Source: Octopus vulgaris
Taxonomy: Eukaryota
Reading direction: 5' to 3'
Assembly (NCBI GenBank): GCA_951406725.2
Contig: OX597820.1
Span: 50,158,001-50,222,000 of the forward strand
Length of the DNA: 64,000 nucleotides
Shown: positions 53,474 to 64,000 of the stretch, piece by piece
Layout of the letters: every line of letters begins with the position of its first letter
Position numbering within the stretch: position 1 is the first letter of the stretch
Notes under the pieces: generated by a model
Database searches by the model: none
Told to the model about the DNA's origin: nothing
The model's input: the letters and a program-made list of their open reading frames with translations, nothing else
Program-made: the position numbers and the translations under genes

Positions 53474-54719
53474 TACGTGAGTCAACTGAAAAGTTCATAG
53501 ACTGAACAGAAACTCGGATGGAACGCGACCAAATGAGGTTTATTTTTCAACATAACTGTTCCTGCAGTCCTTACGCTTCTTTAATTGGTGTTGCAGTGCT
53601 TGGATCCCTTTGGTGAAGAAGCTTTCAACATGTTAAAAAAATTCAGCAAATATGACTTTATCATCACTACGATACATATTCCTAACCAAGTGTTTTTCAT
53701 GTTGAGAATAGAGGATAGTTACATGTGTCTATATCAGAAGTGGGATCAACCAATGCAAAGCCACAAACATGCACAGCATTAATTGAAACCAAGAACATGT
53801 ATGCTGAAGGTTTGTCCTGATGGAACAAGACCACTTTTATCTGCTACCTTGCGCGTTTGGTGTTCATAGCTTTTCGTAACTGTCTCAACAAGCTGGCACA
53901 GTACGATCCATTGATGGTGTGAGCATTCTGAAATTAGTCAACAAACACAATGCTTTTAGCATACCAACATATTGTGGCCTTCCCTGCATATGAAATGATT
54001 TTGATCTTTTCTGAAGCAGGCGAGGAGGGGTGCTTCAATTGCATGAATTGTCTCCTTTTTACCTCAAAGTGATGAACCCTACACTCATCATAGGTTCTGA
54101 AACGATCGAGGAAACCAACTGCATCTGCCTCAAACGTAGTCAAATTTTCCCGTCATGTCATCTAACTGGTGCACTTATGATCAGGTGTCAGTAGACGTGG
54201 TAATAACTGAACAGACATCTTCGTTTTGCAAAGTTCATGGAGCAGAATACTCTCGGCATTTTCAGAGTATATACTAATGACATTTGTTATTTGATTTATA
54301 ATTTACCGACTGTCATCCCTCACCTTGTGATGAAAAAGATCAATAGTTTACTTGGTGGTGACAGCTGCAGGACATCCAGACCTTGGTCATCTTCAAGACT
54401 GTCAATCCCCTCCTAAATCCAGCTGCCCACTATGCACTGATACCAAAGCAGAGAATTCAACCTATAATGTAGCAATCATGCAACCATAAATGCCCTGATG
54501 GGCATTTGATAACACCACGATGCCAAATTGTGTCCATTTTGAAGAGAAGTTGCTATTAGTTACGTTTGAAGTCTTCTTTGAACAGTCGGATGTCAGTTAA
54601 CCCGGAAACAAACTATGCCATTATTAATGAGAAGGTTTGAAATGAATCCATGCAAGATGTTACAGCGCAAGCGTTACTGCTTCATAATCAACCTATGAAA
54701 TTTTCAGCCCATCATCGTA
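53474..54719 (-). mobile_element. Decayed mariner DNA transposon with TIRs
   Basis: TIRs tacgtgagtcaactgaaaagttcatag and its counterpart tacgatgatgggctgaaaatttcatag (revcomp), TA ends; transposase remnant FLDRFRTYDECRVHHFE..QLKHPSSPA..AGKA..W.AKSIVFVD..HTING. Confidence 0.85.
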
Positions 54720-54933
54720 TCAGCATGTGTGAGTGTGTGAAAGTATGTGTGTGTGTGTGTGTGTTAGTGTTAGTGTATGTATGTATTGTGTACACACGCA
54801 TACACACGTATATGCATATGAACTATAAGTAATCGTATAGACATACAGATATATTTCCTGTGCGCTTAAACGAGGTATACAAACACAAAGTACCTGCCTA
54901 CATACCCACATACCTACCTACTTACCTACATTC

Positions 54934-55014
<81 letters not shown>

Positions 55015-55999
55015 AATCATTCTATCCATCTATCCATCCATCCATCCATCTATCTATATATATATATATTTAGCTATCTATCTGTCTGTCCATCTAACAC
55101 ACTGTCTATATCTCTGTAATGTATCAAAAAGACAGTGTATGTGTAATATGAAGAGAAGAAAGCAAGAGAGAGAGGGAGAGAGAGAGAGAGAGAGAATAAG
55201 AAAGAGAGTGAAAGGAAATAAAAGGGAGAGGAATTAAAATAGTTAAATTGTTTTCCCATTATTTAATATTCTCCCTTCCATAATCTCACCTCCCCACTTT
55301 TACACACATACACACACATAAACACACACTCACACGCACGTACCCACACCCAAACACATTTTCCTATATATACACACATTTTTCTATATATCTTTGCGAA
55401 TGTATGTGAGATGCAATTAAATTTCAAACGCTGTAAAATGAGGCACAGGAACAAAGCAATATAAAGACACTTAGTATTTATCCAAAGAGAGGCCGCATGT
55501 AATACGTTTAGTCATAACCGTGAATTTTTAATTGCAAAAAATAATCATTTATTCCGTTAGGGTCGTAAGTGCAACTGAACAAAAAACAGCCTGTTTCTAA
55601 AGAGAGATTATCATCTTTTTCGTTTCCCAGTTAACACAAATTAGTTTGCTAATGTCCATGCATACATGCATACATACATACATACACACACACACATACA
55701 CAGACACATACATACATACATACATACATACATACATACATGTGTTTGCGTGCGTGTCTGTGTTGTGTGTGTATGCATGCATATATATATATATATATAC
55801 TTAATTCTATCGTATTGAATTAACTGTTGCTGTTCAAATGAACGTTAACACAGCTCCATATATAAAGTCTAAATATAGTGGCATATATACAAACATACGT
55901 ATGTACATATATTCGTACTTACATACACACATATATGAGCATCTATACGTGCATATATATATATATATATATACACACAAACACACTCACACATGTATA

Positions 56000-56125
56000 T
56001 ATGTGATCACATGATCATGTGACCGACCAGGCTATCAGATGTTGGTACACATCGCTGGTCACAATGCACTTCGCATTGATTTCGCCTTCAAATGACGCCA
56101 CCCCGCTGGCTAAGCGAGCAGGCCA
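56000..56125 (-). mobile_element. SINE tail fragment (same tail as 30615-30727)
   Basis: gtgaccgaccagg.tatcagatgttg.tacacatcgctggtcacaatg...gacgccaccccgctggctaagcgagcaggcc. Confidence 0.65.
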
Positions 56126-56239
56126 TTTATATATATATATATTTATATATATATATATATGTTAATAAAATAGAACATATGCGTATATATAAACATATAT
56201 GTACGTACCTACCTCTACATGTACATATACACGCATATA

Positions 56240-57000
56240 TGTGTACAGGACACCAAAAAGACGTCGAACACATAGAGAGACGAAAAACATAGACACAAAC
56301 CAAGGAACAGGACAAGCAAAAAAAGGGATACAAGACAATTAGCACAACGAAAAATCCCCTTCTTCAGTCGCTAAGGTTTCATCTACTCTACGTTTCGAAG
56401 GATAAAAGCGAGACGTATCTTCGAAGAAACTTCCTTCCTGCGAAAAGCAAATCAATTAAAATTCTGAGATCTTTTCGCAGAGGGGTAAAAAATGGTAAAA
56501 AAAAAAGGAAGACAGTAACGACAGTACAAACATATAAACAGTACAAAAATATATATAAACAGTGGAAAAATAAATATATAACAGTGAGAGACAGGACAAG
56601 GAGAACAAGATGAGAAGGGCTGTTTACGCCAGACGAAAAAAGTATTGCAAACGCTGGATTATAGTGGACGACGAGAGAGCAGGAATGTCGACCAGTGGCC
56701 TTAGAAGGCGGGCGAGAAAAGACAGGATAGCAGTTACGACGGAAGTATCGTCGCAGATGGACGACGGGAATGGGGGAGGAGGAGCACGAGGAAGAGAGAG
56801 AAGAAGGGGAATGGTGCGAGGAGACCATGAAGAATGGTGAGGGGGAGAGAGAGAATGAAGAATGAGAGAGAGAGGAAGAGACAAGTTAAGTGAGGGAAAA
56901 AAAGACGAAAAAGGGAATGGGATAGAAAGAAAGAAAGATGCAGAGTCGCGTGAGAGTTAATATCAAGGCTAACTTGATAAACAGAACAATCTTACTTAAT
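56240..57000 (-). mobile_element. Possible Penelope-like remnant
   Basis: Minus-strand SLVVHYNPAF-like peptide and ctgaagaag...cgaaacgt pieces; heavily decayed. Confidence 0.3.
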
Positions 57001-57034
57001 AGGGTGCGTGCGTTTGGTCGTATAATATGTTAAT

Positions 57035-57084
<50 letters not shown>

Positions 57085-57236
57085 CAAAAGTGCAAGTTCT
57101 AAAATCTCTGTAAGAGATCACGGCAGTTGTTATACTAACAAGTAATGTTCCTTAGCCACTTCAACATGGCTGTCCGTTCGAAAGGATTTCGCTATAAATA
57201 CATATATATACATGTAATGCACACACACACACGCAC

Positions 57237-57280
<44 letters not shown>

Positions 57281-57660
57281 ACGCGGTACTCACATTCGAT
57301 TAAAATGGCTTATTGATGTATTATGTTCCTCTTTTTCTCTGACGAGATGATTGCATTGTCTTACATTAGTTATATTCCACCCGGAATAATCTCAATGTTT
57401 TTTCCGGAAATGTATATTGGAAGTATAGATGATTTGAATAACATATGCGTTTGACTACATATCTTAACTTATCTATGTCATACAAAAACATTTCACTTAA
57501 CCCTGGATTTTCTACTTTTTTAAGTAGGATGTAATATCTTTGGCACTTGTGTGAATTTTTGCTACCCTAGTAACTATTTACATATTTTTTCTTTGTTAGA
57601 TGTACACATTGAATAAATAAATAAATATATATATATATGCATATATGTATGTATGTATGT

Positions 57661-57724
<64 letters not shown>

Positions 57725-57987
57725 GTGAATGCAAAAACTAATATCTGTGTGTCAGTGTGTCACACTTCCACCCCCTTTCTCACTATTCATTGACACTCCT
57801 ATTATTGCTCATGCTGGGGTGAGAGTAATAGTAGGCATAGAGACGGTTAGGGCGGTGGCGAAGACACACAGGGACTGAGAGAGAAAGAAAAAGAGAGGGA
57901 GAGAAAGAGACAAAAAGAAATTTAGGGAGAGTTGACGTTGTTCTAATTAAAAGTGGTAGTGTTCATGGTAGTAGTAAGAGTAATAAT

Positions 57988-58048
<61 letters not shown>

Positions 58049-59392
58049 TGGGTATGCGAGAGAAAGAGGAACTGAACACTGAACTAACCAACTGAACACA
58101 ATTATTTTACACATATATTTAGCCTGTTGTGATGGCAATGGGCTGATAATAGTAGTATGAACTCTAGTTGAGACAGAGGTGTAGGCGGTGGTGATGAAGC
58201 TGGTGGTGATAGCCGAGGCGGTCAGGAATGACGGTAAGAGTAACTGATGGGAAAGACAATGGTGATGGTGGTAGAGGGAAAGGTGGCAAAGACAAAGGTA
58301 TTGATGGTAGTGGCGCCAGAAGTCCGAATGGTGTGTGTATGGCAGATGTGGGGTTGGTGGTACTGTTGTTCATCATGCAGCTTTGCGATAAGTTCCAAGT
58401 GAACAAATTACACCATTGTTTTGATGAAAATTGTTCATTGCTTGAAAAATATTTTCAAGTTAAATAAAATGTCATATGTACTCAATCCCAGTTACATACT
58501 ATTGACCATAAGGTAACATGTTAACAAGAGCTGCTTTACAATTCTCCAAGAAATTTCATATTCGGACACAGTCGTTAAATAATAGGTGAAAGGTTTTCAC
58601 GTTTGATTGTCAGAGAGGTTGACATATCAGGATATTTGGGATGAGCTGAGGGCTTTAGTAAGAGAATTATTTTCAGTTCTATCGATAATAATGCATTAGC
58701 ATCGTATTTACAACTCTTTATTACAGTTGTCATGCAAAGTCCTATTTCATGATATCCACTAGATTCGAAACAGGAAATTGTAACAGCATTCTTACAATCA
58801 GTTACAATCCAATTGGGGACCGGGTTCATATACATGATTAAGATATTTAATAACATTGCTTGACTGAGCCGTTTAAAATATTGAAATAGACACACCAAAG
58901 ATGAAGTTAATAGCTCAGAAATACAATATAATTTTAATAAGAAATATATATTTCATGAAACTAGAGGACATACATAAGGAAGTTAGCAAGATCTGAAAAT
59001 ATGCTCTTGCTACTTTGACCTTGAGTCTACTGAATCAATGAAAATATTACTGTAAACATTCCCAATATGCTAAGATTGAAATGATTCGTGCAATCAGCAA
59101 TTCTATTCCTTCTAACGAGAGCGAATGTCGATTGCGGTATTTGGATTTAATTAGGCTTCGACTTTGTCAGTTTCGTCAGTTAGACAACATCAAATTGCTT
59201 ACTCAATTGAATGTTATATGTTAGGAAGTTCATCATAGGTCGGAAACAGTAACGTCACTGAATCTAAGTTTAATGATTAGGGTGATCTATTTAAGGGATT
59301 AGAAACCTTTCAGGTCATTTAACAAAAGTAAAATTCCACTTGATGTTTCTATTATTCTCCTACTACTTCTACACGTTTTATGTAGAAGCATG

Positions 59393-59495
<103 letters not shown>

Positions 59496-59621
59496 CAGTA
59501 AAGAGTCTAAAGTGAATCGATCGGTGTACAGGGATCTCCATTGACCACTGAAAGTACAGAACTTATTATAACAGACTGAAGTAAACATGTACGAATTATG
59601 CGTGAATTTGGAAACAGTGGC

Positions 59622-59719
59622 GTGTGAAATTTTGTAAATAGAATTATAAGCCTCTAACGTATATTGACTAAAGTCAATATACGGTGATGGCTTGTAATTC
59701 TATTTACAAAATTTCATAC
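59622..59719. repeat. 98-bp near-perfect palindrome
   Basis: gtgtgaaattttgtaaatagaattataagcc..cgtatattgact-aa-agtcaatatacg..ggcttgtaattctatttacaaaatttcatac. Confidence 0.85.
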
Positions 59720-60732
59720 CGAAGTATGCTGATGGAAATACTCAGCACATTAAAATAGACGTAATCGATGGAGAAGCTTTGGACATTATTTTGACATGTT
59801 ACAAAAATGAAATAGCTGAATTAAATCGTTTAACTTCGGACATATGTCTGAATAAGAAAGGGAATGGCCTTTGATCATAAAAAAAATTAAGAAAACAGTA
59901 GCTTAAACCATTGAGATTCAAAGACACACGAAACCAAAACACTTAATGCAGACACAGACACACATAGAACACATTAACTCACACACACACACACACACTC
60001 ACACATCAGGAGTGTTGGAATATGCATTTTATAAAATGCTTATAATCACTAATTTTGAACAGATGAATAGAAAACAAGTTTTTTTTAAAACAAAAAAGAA
60101 ACACGAGCTAAGTTTCTGCTGTATCCCAGACACAGTATTACAGATTACGCTAAAGACAAACAATCTTTCTCTGCATATAAACACTTAGGTACAAGAGTGA
60201 TTGTGTGGTCAAATATCTTTTCTTCAGAGCGACGTAGTTTCGAGTTGAATCCAGCTGCGTGTCTATATATACACATACATATTTACATGTGTGTATCTTT
60301 GTCTTGACATTATCCAATAGATGTAAACGAGCCTAAATATCTCAGAAGAGACGGTTAGGATCTAATCATCCACGTGGAAATAGTTCCTTACTCGGAAGCG
60401 TTCAATGTTCGTAACAGTAATGGCGACGTGAAGTAAAAAAAAAAAAAAGTGCCTCAATGAATTTTGCGAAGGGAGACATTACGTCGACCTTGTGAAGTGA
60501 CAACATTTGGGAGCAGAGGTGTAAATGGTTGTAGACAAATATCTTCTAGAGGACCATCATAATTACCTGTTCTCTCATTCTGAAAATTTTCAGGATCCGT
60601 CCGTCCAGCCCCTTGCCTTTTACTGTCAAATCAGTCTCAGTATTAAGCACATGGAAAGAGGCATCTTAATACATATTCACACACATTTACACATCTATCT
60701 ATCAATCAATCAATCTATCTATCTATCTATCC

Positions 60733-61490
<758 letters not shown>

Positions 61491-61503
61491 TTATCTATCT
61501 ATG

Positions 61504-61887
61504 TGGAGGCGCAATGGCCCAGTGGTTAGGGCAGCGGACTCGTGGTCATAGGATCGCGGTTTCGATTCCCAAACCGGGCGTTGTGAGTGTTTATTGAGCG
61601 AAAACACCTAAAAGCTCCACGAGGCTCCGGCAGAGGATGGTGGTGATCCCTGCTGTACTCTTTCACCACAACTTTCTCTCACTCTTACTTCCTGTTTCTG
61701 TTGTACCTGTATTTCAAGGGGCCGGCCTTGTCACTTTCTGTGTCACGCTGAATATCCCCGAGGACTACGTCAAGGGTGCACGTGTCTGTGGAGTGCTCAG
61801 CCACTTACACGTTAATTTCACGAGCAGGCTGTTCCGTTGATTCGGATCAACCGGAACCCTCATCGTCGTAACCGACGGAGTGCTTCC
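61504..61887 (+). mobile_element. SINE family C, full length
   Basis: ggaggcgcaatggcccagtggttagggcagcggactc...cgtcgtaaccgacggagtgc. Confidence 0.9.
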
Positions 61888-61981
61888 ATTCATCTATCTA
61901 TCTATCTAACTATTTATCTACCTACATACCTACCTACCTACCTACCTACCTACCTACCTACCTACCTACCTACCTACCTAC

Positions 61982-62017
<36 letters not shown>

Positions 62018-62039
62018 ATACCGCTGTCGATTATTAATG

Positions 62040-62358
62040 ATCATGAGATTGCACCTACAAAGTTACCCTCCAAGGTACATATCCGGATAAGATTGTTTAT
62101 GGAAGACCAGCAGTCGTCCATGCATATAATACCCCCCCTCTCCACGCCACCGACATTTTCCAAGGAAAAGACAAAGCCAGAATCAACTGGGCAATAATTA
62201 CATAATTACATTGCAGCTCATTTCTAGAGCTGAGTGAAGTGGAGCAACTGAAATAAAGTGTTTTGCTCAAGAACACAGCACACAGCTCGGTCCTGCAACC
62301 AATCTCACTACCTCATGATTGTGAGTCTGACACTCTAACCACTGAATTATGCACCTTC
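62040..62358 (-). mobile_element. SINE family B, degenerate
   Basis: gattgtttatggaagaccagcagtcg...ttgctcaagaacaca...taaccactga. Confidence 0.7.
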
Positions 62359-62377
62359 ACACAGACACACACACATG

Positions 62378-62445
<68 letters not shown>

Positions 62446-62862
62446 TACATGCATGTATATACATACACGTAATGTAACACTGATTCTTATTGTGTGTAAC
62501 ACTGTATGTACATACATACATGTATATACATACATGTATATACATACATGTATATACATACATGTATATACATACATGTATATACATACATGTATATACA
62601 TACAAGTATGTAACACTGATTCTTATATATTTATATATATTATATGATTTTTATCTATTTATTTATCTTATCATATTTATATATTTCGAATTTTATATCC
62701 GTTCTGTAGAAATAAATGAATATATGAATATATGTATGTATTTGATCTTTGTATCTGGATCTTAGTAATGTTCCTTTAGTTCCTGCTCGCATTTCCTCCG
62801 CTCATATTGAGAAGTGGTATACATACACGAATATACATACAAACATATCTGTTTATACATTC

Positions 62863-62912
<50 letters not shown>

Positions 62913-62913
62913 G

Positions 62914-62959
<46 letters not shown>

Positions 62960-62960
62960 C

Positions 62961-63015
<55 letters not shown>

Positions 63016-63085
63016 GGTATATATATATATATATTCATACATATACATCCATACATCCATATATACACACACATGTATACATACA

Positions 63086-63171
<86 letters not shown>

Positions 63172-63173
63172 AA

Positions 63174-63391
63174 CGCGGCGAGCTGGCACAGAAACGTTAG
63201 CATGCCGGGCGAAACGCGTACCCGTATTTCGTCTGTCGTTACGTTCTAGGTTCAAATTCCGCCGAGGTCGACTTTGCCTTTCATCCTTTCATGGGCGTAC
63301 CAGTTACGCACTGGGGTCGATGTAATCTACTTAATTCGTTTGTCTGTCCTTATTTGTCCCCGCTGTGTTTAGCCCCTTGTGGGTAGTAAAG

Positions 63392-63395
<4 letters not shown>
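63174..63395 (+). mobile_element. SINE family A with Tx1-like tail
   Basis: gcggcgagctggca...ggttcaaattccgccgaggtcgac...tagccccttgtgggtagtaaagaaata, inserted in (TA)n. Confidence 0.85.
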
Positions 63396-63437
<42 letters not shown>

Positions 63438-63589
63438 ACATATATATAGATAAATACATACACAGACATGCATACGTACTTACATACATACGTGTATATA
63501 TATATATATAAACACACACATATCCATCTATCAACAACTCCCCCTCCTTCTCCCTCTTGTTATATATATATATATATATATTGTGTGTG

Positions 63590-64000
63590 TGTAACCATTC
63601 AGAGTCACTACACAAAGAAGATAGACTCCCTGAAGAGGAGACGAGAGAGATATGCACTGCTACACATATGGAAATTTTGGAGGATCTAGCTCGAAATTTC
63701 GGATTTGAAAGCTACAACAATCCCCGAACAAGAAGGCAGTGCACAGTCAGTACGAAAGGTCCCATCTTCTCCATCGAGAATACAAACCCAATATTGTAAT
63801 AGTTTGGGATTCAAGGGACCACAACTTTCTAATGCCCTACAACAGAACGTCAAAGATCTGCGAGCTGTGGACATGGAAGTCTTCAAAAAACTTCTAGACA
63901 TTTTTTTTATATCTGCAAAACGGGATAAACCCACGTTGCGGCAAGAGGCACAAAGAAAAGCGGTAACGTCGAACTCACTACTTCACGACCAGTAATACTG
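63590..64000 (+). mobile_element. Decayed CR1-type LINE ORF2 C-terminus
   Basis: [39 protein letters not shown]...VFKKLLD..DKPT..SNSLL; homologous to 34940-35370. Confidence 0.75.

Noticed and set aside
58164-58898. Minus-strand ORFs with Pro/His-rich stretch and IKRENLSP
   Set aside because: Low complexity, no convincing splice sites or domain
62473-62626. 14-bp tandem (catacatgtatata)n flanked by tgtaacactgattcttat repeats
   Set aside because: Ordinary slippage-derived minisatellite

Overview
AT-rich eukaryotic non-coding DNA dominated by microsatellites ((TA)n, (CA)n, (TATC)n, (TAA)n) and four tRNA-derived SINE families; the repeat complement strongly suggests an octopus (coleoid cephalopod) genome (inference). 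Most listed ORFs are microsatellite or SINE artefacts. Recognisable elements are LINE remnants (RTE, Tx1/L1, R4/Dong, CR1-type), a decayed mariner with TIRs, palindromic Penelope-like pieces with hammerhead-like motifs, a CTATAG fold-back satellite and telomere-like repeats. The highlight is 16.36-20.88 kb: two head-to-tail 1.73-kb retroelements that each encode only an ORF1/gag-like protein (RRM-like region plus CCHC knuckle, no RT). The first copy is flanked by a 17-bp duplication of the second copy's 5' end. The pair interrupts the ORF1 of an older relative, all inside apparent Helitron termini. Their 3' tail is shared with a SINE family and a Tx1-like LINE end in this same window. No host gene is firmly identifiable; one candidate minus-strand terminal exon and one core promoter are flagged at low confidence.
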